From IMG/VR virus record IMGVR_UViG_3300025915_000004, positions 1 to 64,000 of that record: a DNA stretch of 64,000 bases; one strand, given 5' to 3'. The notes under the pieces are model-generated. The model was not told where the DNA came from and searched no databases. It was given only the letters and a program-made list of their open reading frames with translations. Origin of the DNA: a virus (Duplodnaviria > Caudoviricetes). Positions 9,623 to 18,018 of this stretch are shown here, in pieces. Positions within the stretch are counted from its first letter, which is position 1; each line of letters begins with the position of its first letter. The position numbers were made by a program, and so were the translations under genes.

Positions 9623-10081
9623 TCACTCTGTGTCGATCCTCGCACCCGTTTCGCGGGAAAGCAGGGCAACGCTCTCGGGGAAGCCGATCGATCCGCCGCC
9701 CGTGTCGACACCGGTCACGGTGATCGTGAACAGCTTCCCGACCAGCAGCTTGTCGACGTCGCTCGGGCCTGAGTTGCGCGCGACGCCGACCGCGAAAGCC
9801 TGTTCGTCCGCATAGGTGTAGACGGCCACCTGTTCGCCGTCGGCGAACTGCCCTACTGCGTACCGGTCGCCGTAGATGTCGACGTTTCCGTCAACCACAC
9901 CCGAGGGGATGGGGACGTGCATCCGCTGCAAGATCGGAACGGGGTTCGCGGCGTTCGCGGCCGTAGGCGCGGTCGCGGCGACGCTGCCGACCGAGCCTTC
10001 GACCCAGAACACGACGGATCCGGCCAGGGCCGCCGTCCCGACTGTGACCGCGATCACAGCTGTGCGTGTATCTATCCGCAC
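9623..10081 (-). CDS. Membrane-anchored or secreted hypothetical protein
   Basis: N-terminal hydrophobic stretch AVIAVTVGTAALAGSVVFWV. Confidence 0.6.
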   Translation of the reverse strand: MRIDTRTAVIAVTVGTAALAGSVVFWVEGSVGSVAATAPTAANAANPVPILQRMHVPIPSGVVDGNVDIYGDRYAVGQFADGEQVAVYTYADEQAFAVGVARNSGPSDVDKLLVGKLFTITVTGVDTGGGSIGFPESVALLSRETGARIDTE

Positions 10082-10093
10082 GGTTGCCGCCTC

Positions 10094-10357
10094 TTAGTTG
10101 GTGATGCCGCGATGCCACTGCGGCATCGGGACCTGCGTGCCCGGCTCGGCGGTTCCCGCGTCGGTGAAGTCGCTCTCGTTGGCGTCGCGCAGCTCGACGC
10201 GCGATGCCTGCGGCGCTCCTGCGGACACATCTCGGCTCACCGCGCTGTAGACGCTCGCGACGATGCCGGGGTGGATGCGGATGCGCAGAGTCACGTCCGG
10301 CCGCGGCGCGCGCACCGCGGCGCGCGGCGACGGAGGGCGGCGCGGGGTGAGCGCCAT
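10094..10357 (-). CDS. Hypothetical protein
   Basis: Coupled to the upstream gene (1-bp overlap). Confidence 0.5.
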   Translation of the reverse strand: MALTPRRPPSPRAAVRAPRPDVTLRIRIHPGIVASVYSAVSRDVSAGAPQASRVELRDANESDFTDAGTAEPGTQVPMPQWHRGITN

Positions 10358-10812
10358 CAGCTGTTCACCGCACCGGTGAAGGCGGTCCGCCGGTCCAAGT
10401 CCGTACCGATCTCGCGCACCATATAAGGGTCATTACCCGGTCCGTGGCTGGGCGCATAAGGACGCTCGCCGGCCACGACGAAATCCTCCATGCGCTCATG
10501 CGTGTCGACGTCGCCGAGCCGGTCGAACAGCCAGCGCTGCCAGCTGCGCCGGTCGTACGTTGCGGCCGGGACCGGGAAGTAGTGCGTGACGCGCATCATC
10601 CGGTCGTGGTGGTACGTGTCGCGGCCGTTCCGGGTGACGATGAGCGTCAGCCCTCCGGCCGCAGCAGTGTGCACGCCGTCGTGGTCGCGCTCGACGTCGT
10701 CCAGCCGCACGTCCCAGCCCAGGTCCTCGCGGTACTCCAGGTGTGCGACCAGGTAGTCGAGCTCGTCCGGGTACGGAGCGTACTGGCGCATGGTGCCCAT
10801 CACGGCCTCCAT
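10357..10812 (-). CDS. Hypothetical protein
   Basis: 151-aa ORF with typical high-GC coding pattern. Confidence 0.65.
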   Translation of the reverse strand: MEAVMGTMRQYAPYPDELDYLVAHLEYREDLGWDVRLDDVERDHDGVHTAAAGGLTLIVTRNGRDTYHHDRMMRVTHYFPVPAATYDRRSWQRWLFDRLGDVDTHERMEDFVVAGERPYAPSHGPGNDPYMVREIGTDLDRRTAFTGAVNS

Positions 10813-10961
10813 ATCCTCATCAGCCAGAAGAACGCGCGCACCACGCGACCGCGCGCTCCGTCGGCCGCTCCGATGTTCTCGTAGCGCAGCAGATCAGGGC
10901 ACAGGTGCTCTGGAGTGAGCAGCGTGCCGAAGGTCGCGGGTGACGTGGTTATCTGCTGCAT
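10800..10961 (-). CDS. Small hypothetical protein (MQQITTSP...)
   Basis: ATG at 10961 overlaps the upstream stop; fills the operon gap. Confidence 0.4.
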   Translation of the reverse strand: MQQITTSPATFGTLLTPEHLCPDLLRYENIGAADGARGRVVRAFFWLMRIWRP

Positions 10962-11212
10962 CAGTTGCTCACCGCCTTGTGCAGTCCGGGAATGCCGTCG
11001 AGCAGAAGAAGATCGTGGTGTGGATACGTGATCGGAGCTCCGGGGGCGGCGACGGCCGATCCGTTGCTGATCAGCCTGGCCGCGTTGACGTCGTCGGTGT
11101 CGTCCCATACGTCGCCGGGCACGATGTCCGGCCAGCGGGCCCGTTCGGTGCCGGCCCGGATCGTGGTCAGTGCCTGCAAACGGGTGGTCATGCCCCTCAA
11201 TGTAACGCTCAT
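10961..11212 (-). CDS. Small hypothetical protein
   Basis: ATG at 11212 overlaps the stop of 11209..12378 (ATGA). Confidence 0.55.
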   Translation of the reverse strand: MSVTLRGMTTRLQALTTIRAGTERARWPDIVPGDVWDDTDDVNAARLISNGSAVAAPGAPITYPHHDLLLLDGIPGLHKAVSN

Positions 11213-12378
11213 GTGCGCTGCCCTGGAGTCCTTCGGCCGGTCGCCAGCTCCCGCGCGGTGGGCCGGTGTGCCGCGCGCAGCTGCGTGCGCCCGAACCATG
11301 CTCCGGCGTGTTCGTCCGGCACGACGCCGAGCCCTCTGCACGCGCGGCAGCGGTCGTACGGGTAGGCGCGGGACGCGGCGGCGCGTAGCTTGCGGGCCGC
11401 CGGGACGCGGTTCTCGCTCGCCTCGGCCTGGCGGACCAGATCGGCGATGTACCGCTCGCGCAGCTGGTCGGTGAACGCCCGGTTGACGATGCCTTCGTCG
11501 CAGCTCCCGCATGCGACCGTCGGACCGGCGTAGCGGGCACGGCCGGACTGGCGCACGGCGCGTTCCTGCTTGCGGTCGAGGTTTCCGCGCGGACGGCGGT
11601 ACTTCGCGTCCAGCCAGCCGGCGATGCCGGGCAGTCCTGCATCGGTCATCGCCCGGCGGCTGAGTACCTTGCGCCCGCCGCGGGCGTTACGGCCGTGCAC
11701 AGGGCAGGAGACGGACCCGGCGACCAGCGTGACGCCATCGCGCTGCTCCACGGTGGCGATGCGTCCGGTGCCCTGGCACTTGCAGGTGGCGGCCAGGTAG
11801 ATGCCGCGCAGGCTCTTGCCGGGCTCAGGCGGCGGCGGAGGCGGCGGGGGAGCATTCTTCGCTGGAGCCTTCTTGCGCGGCGCGGTTTTCTTCGCTGGTG
11901 CAGGCGCCTTGGCCGATCGCTTGCGCGGTGCCCGCGCAGGTGCATCGGCCGGCTTCCCTGCGGCGATCCGGTCGGCGCGGGCATTCGCCTCTCGGTACGC
12001 CTTCATCGCCTGCGCCAGGGTGATCGGCTCGCCGGTGCGGGGGTTGGTCGCGATCACCGGACTCGGCGCGCGCTTGCGCGGCGGACGGGGTGCGGCCTTT
12101 TTCGCTGCGGCGGCCTTTTTGCGCGCCGCGGCGGCTTCGCGCTGTTCCCTGCGCCGGGCAGCCTGCTTCTCCCGTTGTTCGCGCCGCTTGCTCGCCTGGT
12201 ACTGCTTGCGCCGATTGCCCTTGTTTGTGATCGTTTTCGTGCGCAGCGGCGAGCGCGCGATGTCCGTAAACGTCTGGTGCTTGCCGCCGCTGATGAACCT
12301 GGCTGCGACCCGGTTCGGTTTCATCGCCCGTGCGGCCTGGCGCCACGGACTGCGTCGGCGCCTACGTCGGGCCATCAT
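11209..12378 (-). CDS. Very basic protein with histone-H1-like region and DnaJ-like Zn-finger motifs, coupled to traB
   Basis: Lys/Arg/Ala/Pro-rich N-half (PAKKTAPRKKAPAK); CKCQGTG, CPVH, CGSC, CRACRGLG; ATGA overlap with traB. Confidence 0.7.
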   Translation of the reverse strand: MMARRRRRRSPWRQAARAMKPNRVAARFISGGKHQTFTDIARSPLRTKTITNKGNRRKQYQASKRREQREKQAARRREQREAAAARKKAAAAKKAAPRPPRKRAPSPVIATNPRTGEPITLAQAMKAYREANARADRIAAGKPADAPARAPRKRSAKAPAPAKKTAPRKKAPAKNAPPPPPPPPEPGKSLRGIYLAATCKCQGTGRIATVEQRDGVTLVAGSVSCPVHGRNARGGRKVLSRRAMTDAGLPGIAGWLDAKYRRPRGNLDRKQERAVRQSGRARYAGPTVACGSCDEGIVNRAFTDQLRERYIADLVRQAEASENRVPAARKLRAAASRAYPYDRCRACRGLGVVPDEHAGAWFGRTQLRAAHRPTARELATGRRTPGQRT

Positions 12379-14696
12379 GCGTCCTTGCGCGCCAGTGCGC
12401 TCAGCCGGCGGCGCGCGGTCTCATCGTCGCGCCAATACCGGAAGTCGCGCCCTTCCCGCTCGCTGGTGACGTACTCTGCGGTGCGCCACTCGGCGCACAG
12501 CGTGCGCACCCACGACAGGGATCGGTCGTGGCCGGCGCGCTTGCCCGTGACACACAGCTCGGACACGGTCGCGCCGCGGTCGCCGAAGGTGGCCAGCAAC
12601 TCCCAGTACGCCAGGTGCTTGGCCTCGATCTCGGTCTCGTCCGGGTACCGGGGCACGACCCGCGGGATCCATCCGCCAGTGCCGCCGCGGGCCGGGGTGT
12701 CGTTGACGGCGGCGTCCTGCACGCCGTCTCCGTCTCCGTCCGGGTCGTCGAACGGCGGGGGCGTGGTGACGTCCGGCTCGACGCCGTTCATGATCGCCTG
12801 GAACGCGGCGTCCGACTCCTCGTCCAGTTCCGGCCGGCTGTTCTTGTACTCCTCGACCAGCTGCGCGATCCGCTCGTCGCCGAGCCAGAACCCCTTGCGC
12901 TCGACGGGGACGCGCTCGTCCAGAGTGACCATGTAGAACTTCCCCTTGGTATCCAGTTCGTTCGCCCTGAAGTTGTCGCCGTGCGCACCGTCGTACAGCA
13001 CGATGTTGGTCAGCCGCGGTCCGACGGTCGCCACGCAGATCCGGTTCTGCGCCTGGTCGGTGCCCGACTTGATACCACCGGTCGCCAGGGCGTCGGGCTT
13101 CTGCGTGGCCACCACGATCGTCACGTCGTAGGCTCGGCCGACCTGCATGATCCGCACGTAGTTGGTGGACATGCACGCGACCGCGCGCCGCAGCACCGGG
13201 TTCTTGTACTTTTTCAGGTCCGTCTGCCCCTGCTTGCGGAACAGCTCGGCGATCTCGTCGATGATCCCGACCAGCGCCGGGCCGTCCGCGGTGTCCCAGC
13301 CGCGCTCGGACTGGCCGGACTCCTGCCGCTTGCGCTTGAGGATCGCGCCGCGCGTGTTGATCACCGCGACCATGGCTTCGAGCAGCAGCGCGGCCTTCTC
13401 GAACGAGTCGGCCGAGGCGTAGGCGGCTTCCTCGTAGATCCCCAGCTCCAGCGAGCCGGGCTTGTTGTCGAGCAGGACCAGCAGCGCGTCGTCCATCGCC
13501 ATCACCTGAGTGGCGATCACGTTCACGACACCGCTTTTGCCGTTGTTCGTCGTGCCGCCGACCACCGTGTGATTGCGGTACAGCGGCAGGTACGTCATTT
13601 CTCCGGTGGCCGACGGGCCGAGCGGAATCGGGTTCTTGATCGAGCGGACCGTGATTCCCGGAAAAGGAATCTCCTCGGCCAGTTCGTCGATCTCCCCATA
13701 CCGCACGGTGAGGCGCACTTCGTTTCCGTTGCGGGTGCGCTGGGCGATGATCTGATTCGCGCCCAGAGCCGAACGCAATTCGTCGCGCCGCGCAATGATC
13801 GCGTCCGGGCCGACCCCCTTGGCCGGCGCCAGGCGCACGGTGATCCGGAACGAGGACTCGTTGATCCGCTCGAAGCCGTAGACGTCGGTGAGCTTGATCC
13901 CCAGGCCCTTGATCGCCGCGCCGTCGCCCTCGAACGCCTTCCAGACGACCGACTCCTCATGCGAAAGGATCTTGCCCGGCACGGCAGTTGCCGGGGCGGA
14001 AGTTCCGCCCGGCATTCCGAGGATTGCCGGGTTGGAGGCGGCAGTCTGGCCGACGATGAAGCCGCGCTGATCCTGAAGTCGGGAGTGCCGGTTCTCGAAC
14101 CAGGCGTAGAAACTTCCGGCAGTCAGCGGCATCGAAGTTCCGGCACTAAGCCACGACCGGCCGGTGATGCAGGCGGCTCCAAATGCCACCCCCCAGGCTC
14201 CGGCGAGGCCGACCACGTGTGCGCCGCGGGAGATCACACCGTCGTCTCCGTTGATCGCGTGGATCACGTGCACCGCGCCGTACGCCAGCAGTCCGACGAT
14301 CCCGAAGCCGAGGAAGACTGCGCCGAACCACGGGTGGTTGGGCTCGGTGGCCGCCGCGCCCCAGCCGCAGACGTCGCCAGCCAACACGCCGAGCGCGGGC
14401 ACCAGGTGGCGGTCCTGCATCCACTGGAACAGGGACCAGCCGGTGCGATCTGCCAAGCCGGGGGTCAGCTGATCCGCCACGTAGTCGGGGATGCCGGCCT
14501 GCTGGCCCCAAGGCTGCGTGGCGGATGGCTGAGACACAGTCGGGCGCTGGACCTGCGCGTTCGACATTGTTGCGAGTTGTTGCGCCACGCCACGCAGCAC
14601 AACTTCGCCGTCGCGGCGATCCGAAATCTCGATCGCGTCGATGATTTCGTCGAGTTCTTCTTCCTTGGCGTGGCGGATGGCGTGGCGTCGCATCAT
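12375..14696 (-). CDS. traB: TraB-type FtsK/SpoIIIE DNA translocase (actinomycete conjugal transfer protein)
   Basis: N-terminal TM segments, Walker A GGTTNNGKS, Walker B IIDE, VATQKP and QAQNRIC motifs, C-terminal winged helix; sits in a korA/spdA-like operon. Confidence 0.85.
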   Translation of the reverse strand: MMRRHAIRHAKEEELDEIIDAIEISDRRDGEVVLRGVAQQLATMSNAQVQRPTVSQPSATQPWGQQAGIPDYVADQLTPGLADRTGWSLFQWMQDRHLVPALGVLAGDVCGWGAAATEPNHPWFGAVFLGFGIVGLLAYGAVHVIHAINGDDGVISRGAHVVGLAGAWGVAFGAACITGRSWLSAGTSMPLTAGSFYAWFENRHSRLQDQRGFIVGQTAASNPAILGMPGGTSAPATAVPGKILSHEESVVWKAFEGDGAAIKGLGIKLTDVYGFERINESSFRITVRLAPAKGVGPDAIIARRDELRSALGANQIIAQRTRNGNEVRLTVRYGEIDELAEEIPFPGITVRSIKNPIPLGPSATGEMTYLPLYRNHTVVGGTTNNGKSGVVNVIATQVMAMDDALLVLLDNKPGSLELGIYEEAAYASADSFEKAALLLEAMVAVINTRGAILKRKRQESGQSERGWDTADGPALVGIIDEIAELFRKQGQTDLKKYKNPVLRRAVACMSTNYVRIMQVGRAYDVTIVVATQKPDALATGGIKSGTDQAQNRICVATVGPRLTNIVLYDGAHGDNFRANELDTKGKFYMVTLDERVPVERKGFWLGDERIAQLVEEYKNSRPELDEESDAAFQAIMNGVEPDVTTPPPFDDPDGDGDGVQDAAVNDTPARGGTGGWIPRVVPRYPDETEIEAKHLAYWELLATFGDRGATVSELCVTGKRAGHDRSLSWVRTLCAEWRTAEYVTSEREGRDFRYWRDDETARRRLSALARKDA
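13994..14010. repeat. Palindrome GGGCGGAA-G-TTCCGCCC inside traB
   Basis: Perfect 8-bp arms; nearly the same element recurs at 15099-15115. Confidence 0.75.
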
Positions 14697-15532
14697 CCCG
14701 CCTCCCAGCTGTCCGAAGCTGTCCGAAGCTGTCCGAGGCTGTTCGAGAGGCGTTCGACGTCGGCGCGCAGGTTGCGCTCCCAGCGATCCGAGGTGGGGAT
14801 CTTGAGCGTGGGGTGTGCGTGGCGCAACGCATCGGCCAGCTGCGTGGCGTTGGGTGCGCTACCCGTCTTCAGGACGTGGCGGGTCCACAGCGGTTCGGCG
14901 AGTTCGGCCCATACGGCGGCGGATTTGCGACCAGCCGAGCCAATGTCGACGACGTTGCCGGAATTACGGGTGGCAGCGGGGGGCGGAACGAGTGCGGCGC
15001 TGCCGCCCCCCGCTGCCGGGTCCGCTTCCGCCCGGCTGCCGGGTGCGGCCGGCGTCTTCAGGGCGGAAACGGACGTCTTGTGCCGGGCGGAAACTGCCGG
15101 GCGGAAGTTCCGCCTCGCCGCAGTCAGCTGCCGCCACAGCCAGGGGGCCAGAGAGCCCCAGCCGAGCAGGAGTACCGGGCCGACGCAGTCGACCGCCACC
15201 AGGCGCCAGTGGCTGTCGTGCAGCGCGACCGCGGTGTTGAGCCACACCATGATCAGGCCGCAGGCGAGTGCCGCCAGGTGCAGCGGCCAGTCGGCGCCCT
15301 CGTGCTCGTGCGTGGAGAGGTAGGACGCCGCGATCACCAGGACCATGACGGCCAGGTCGACGGCCGGGCCGGTCAGATATGCGATGCGGTGCTCGACGCC
15401 GAGGCTTTCCAGGAATGAGCCGACGTTCCCGAAGGAGAAGAAGAACACCAGCAGCGGAATCAGGGACAGGCCGATACCGACGATCCAGAACGTGATCGTC
15501 TCCACCGCGTCCGCAGACTTCCGGCCCGGCAT
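14693..15532 (-). CDS. SpdA-like (DUF2637-like) membrane protein of actinomycete mobile elements
   Basis: Four TM segments with the AVDLAVMV motif, low-complexity linker, helical C-terminal domain; lies between the GntR gene and traB. Confidence 0.65.
   Translation of the reverse strand: MPGRKSADAVETITFWIVGIGLSLIPLLVFFFSFGNVGSFLESLGVEHRIAYLTGPAVDLAVMVLVIAASYLSTHEHEGADWPLHLAALACGLIMVWLNTAVALHDSHWRLVAVDCVGPVLLLGWGSLAPWLWRQLTAARRNFRPAVSARHKTSVSALKTPAAPGSRAEADPAAGGGSAALVPPPAATRNSGNVVDIGSAGRKSAAVWAELAEPLWTRHVLKTGSAPNATQLADALRHAHPTLKIPTSDRWERNLRADVERLSNSLGQLRTASDSWEAG
14708..14747 (+). repeat. Four tandem 10-bp repeats, GCTGT(C/T)CGA(A/G)
   Basis: GCTGTCCGAA x2, GCTGTCCGAG, GCTGTTCGAG. Confidence 0.85.
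14981..15115. repeat. Cluster of GGGCGGAA 8-mers, candidate clt
   Basis: Direct copies at 14981, 15061, 15085, 15099; inverted at 15026; one-mismatch inverted at 15108. Confidence 0.7.
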
Positions 15533-16275
15533 TATTCCGCCTCCCCGATACGCAGGTCGTATTCCATGTCGAAGATTTCAGCGGACAGGATGATGACCAA
15601 TGCGTCGACAGGCCTGTCGTTGTCCGAGCGCGTGAGTCGCAGCACTCGCATCACCGGGATCCCCGCTGCGGCGATGCGCAGAATCCGCGCCTCTTCCGAG
15701 GTGGGCATGCGCGCCGAGACCCACTCGCGCGCCTTGCGCGGCGGGTAGCCGGCGCGTACCAGGGCTGCGGGCATGGCTCCGCGCAGACGCGCGGGACGCT
15801 CCAGCTCGGTGCCGCGGGCGATCGGGACCGGGATGTAGTCGATCGCGATCTGTGTCGGGGTGCCGTCTTCGTCGAACATGACGCGGCGCCGGCAGATCAC
15901 CGGCTCGCCGGGCTCGACCTCCAGCTTCTCGGCCACGTCGTCCGGCGGGACGATGCCGCCGACCTCCGGTTTGCTGGACCGGCCGTGGTTGATGGGCGCT
16001 CCGTCGGGGACCGGTGTCACGAAGTCGGCGGAGCGGCTGGAGCGGCGGCGCACTTCGCGCACATACACCCCTTTGCCGGAGACGGCCTGCACCAGTCCGG
16101 CCGCCTTCAGGGCGCGCACCGCCTTCTGCACGGTGTTGGACGACACGCCGTACTGCGCCACCAGCTCGGTGACCGAGGGGATCGCGCGGCCGGGCGGTAT
16201 CGTGCCTGATTCGATCTTTCCGCGCAGATCGTGCAGGACCCGCTGATACGCGGGAACGGTCCACTCGTCCGCCAT
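15532..16275 (-). CDS. GntR-family regulator with UTRA domain (KorA/TraR-like)
   Basis: GntR HTH (PSVTELVAQYGVSSNTVQKAVRAL...GKGVYV) plus UTRA-type C-terminus; first gene of the transfer operon. Confidence 0.9.
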   Translation of the reverse strand: MADEWTVPAYQRVLHDLRGKIESGTIPPGRAIPSVTELVAQYGVSSNTVQKAVRALKAAGLVQAVSGKGVYVREVRRRSSRSADFVTPVPDGAPINHGRSSKPEVGGIVPPDDVAEKLEVEPGEPVICRRRVMFDEDGTPTQIAIDYIPVPIARGTELERPARLRGAMPAALVRAGYPPRKAREWVSARMPTSEEARILRIAAAGIPVMRVLRLTRSDNDRPVDALVIILSAEIFDMEYDLRIGEAE

Positions 16276-16301
16276 CGGACGGCCTCCCTTCGGTGACTAT
16301 G

Positions 16302-16313
16302 GCGCTATAGCGC
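16302..16313. promoter_or_regulatory. Candidate GntR operator palindrome GCGCTATAGCGC
   Basis: Perfect 12-bp palindrome 27 bp upstream of the GntR start. Confidence 0.45.
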
Positions 16314-16400
16314 TTGACTTTCACAGTACACCGAAGGTGACGCATCGTGACAGGGGATCGGATGGCAAACTTGACTGAGTCCAGTTACGGCACACGACAG

Positions 16401-16436
16401 CGAAGGCGCCCGCGACCGTGTCGCAGAGCGCCTTCG
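16401..16436. terminator. Hairpin terminator after the secreted beta-helix gene
   Basis: CGAAGGCGC..GCGAC-CGT-GTCGC..GCGCCTTCG. Confidence 0.7.
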
Positions 16437-16452
16437 GAGTTTCTGGGTGCGG

Positions 16453-17712
16453 TCAGGGCTTGTTGATCGCGTGTCCGCTGCTGTCGACGTTGCCCGCCCA
16501 GGTGCCGTACGTGCCGGGGTAGCCGGACAGGTCGCCCACGTACCCCCACACGCCGGCGCCGAAGGTGTTGCCCTCGACGTCCACGCTGATCCCGGTCTGG
16601 TTGCGCAGCACGTACGCGCCGCCGCTCAGGTAGTTGCCCTTGACCGTGATACCGGTGTCGGTCGAGCCGCGGTCTTGGATGAACACCGCGGCCGTGGTGT
16701 CCGACCGGACCGGCGCGTCCACGTAATTGCCCTGGATCAGGATGTTGCCACCACCCTGGCTGAAGATGCCGTCCAGGTGCGTGGGGGTGCTGGAGGTGCC
16801 GTTCTGGAACAGGTTGTGTATCCAGTTGTTCAGCACCACCGAGTCCGCGCCGGGGTCCAGACCCTGCGGCATGCCGGAGATGTCGCTGCGCTCGACGTCG
16901 ATCCGGCCGCCGTACAGGCTCCAGACCGGACCCGCGTCCACCCCGGAGGGCATGCTCTTGCCGGGCAGCCAGCCGACGGTGGAGTCCTTGACCACCATCC
17001 CGGCGTTCGCCGAGTGCCCGAGCAGCGCGTACCACGCGCTTCCGGTGCCCCCCTGCACGATCGAGTCGGTGACCGTCATCGTGCCGGTGCCGGTCCAGTA
17101 GACCGAGCCCTTGATCCAGTCATGGTCGAAGACGAGGTTGGTGCTGTCGCAGCGCAGGCCGTAGGCCTGCCACGAGGAACAGCCAGCGGGCACCGCTCCA
17201 CCCGGCTGATACACGGTCAGGGCCGAGGTCGCGCCGAGGTAGCCGACCGTGCCGGGCTGCACGTAGGAGGTTCCGGTCGACGGCGACGCAGAGGGTGAGA
17301 CGCTCGCCGACGCGCTCGGGCTGGGCGATGTACTCGGCGACGGCGACGCGCTCGGACTCGGACTCGCCTCGGGCAGCACGGTGAGCGCGCCGTACCAGGT
17401 GCAGGTCGAGTAGACCGTGTAGGGCCCGGACATCCCGGTCAGGGACACCTGCGGCGGGGTCGCGCTGTACGCGTCGGTCTGCGACGTGGATGAGTTGCCG
17501 TCGTCCGAGACCGCAGACACGGCGGAGAGGTAGTAGCCGGTCGTACACGGATCCGTGTAGGTGTGTGACGGATCGGTGACGTGCTGGCTGTAGACGGTGG
17601 TGGGATTGGACGCGTCCGCGTTCGACGGCGCCGCCAGGAGGAAGGTCGCCAGCATGCCGGTCACCGCTACTGCGGCTGCGGATGCGCTGGTGATCAGTGT
17701 CTTTGCTCGCAT
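16453..17712 (-). CDS. Secreted protein with Ser/Pro linker and right-handed beta-helix (pectate-lyase-like) domain
   Basis: Signal peptide MRAKTLI...APSNADA, SPSPSASPSP linker, beta-helix repeats (NNWIHN, THLDGIFSQGGGNILIQGNY, ITVKGNY, VEGNTF). Confidence 0.7.
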   Translation of the reverse strand: MRAKTLITSASAAAVAVTGMLATFLLAAPSNADASNPTTVYSQHVTDPSHTYTDPCTTGYYLSAVSAVSDDGNSSTSQTDAYSATPPQVSLTGMSGPYTVYSTCTWYGALTVLPEASPSPSASPSPSTSPSPSASASVSPSASPSTGTSYVQPGTVGYLGATSALTVYQPGGAVPAGCSSWQAYGLRCDSTNLVFDHDWIKGSVYWTGTGTMTVTDSIVQGGTGSAWYALLGHSANAGMVVKDSTVGWLPGKSMPSGVDAGPVWSLYGGRIDVERSDISGMPQGLDPGADSVVLNNWIHNLFQNGTSSTPTHLDGIFSQGGGNILIQGNYVDAPVRSDTTAAVFIQDRGSTDTGITVKGNYLSGGAYVLRNQTGISVDVEGNTFGAGVWGYVGDLSGYPGTYGTWAGNVDSSGHAINKP

Positions 17713-17724
17713 AGAGCCGAGTGT

Positions 17725-18003
17725 CTACGCGCGGGACGGCGCTGGCAATCGCGTGGTGAAGGCGAGCACTGCGGCAGCCATGGCGGCGTACACACAGTCC
17801 CGGACCGCGTCGGCGGGGTGGTATCCGTAGCGCACCAGCACGACCAGTGCCAGTCCGGTGCACGCCTGGGCGACGCCGGCCAGCCATCGCGTGTACGCGC
17901 GGTCTTCGGCGGCTGCGGTCTCGCGGGTGATCAGGCCCATGAGCGTGGCGGCGATGCCGAGCAGCAGGCCGAGGGCGAACAGTCCGGCGGCGATAGCGGT
18001 CAT
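17725..18003 (-). CDS. Small membrane protein
   Basis: Three hydrophobic segments. Confidence 0.6.
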   Translation of the reverse strand: MTAIAAGLFALGLLLGIAATLMGLITRETAAAEDRAYTRWLAGVAQACTGLALVVLVRYGYHPADAVRDCVYAAMAAAVLAFTTRLPAPSRA

Positions 18004-18018
18004 GATCTGTGTCTCCTG

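Noticed and set aside
7081-16436. Shared CGAAGGCGC...GCGCCTTCG stems at 7081 and 16401 as ends of a mobile element
   Set aside because: Each is a local hairpin after a stop codon; there is no target duplication or recombinase. Terminators are the simpler explanation, although a recombination scar cannot be excluded.
17280-17375. Repetitive DNA in the secreted protein gene
   Set aside because: Encodes an ordinary Ser/Pro linker.
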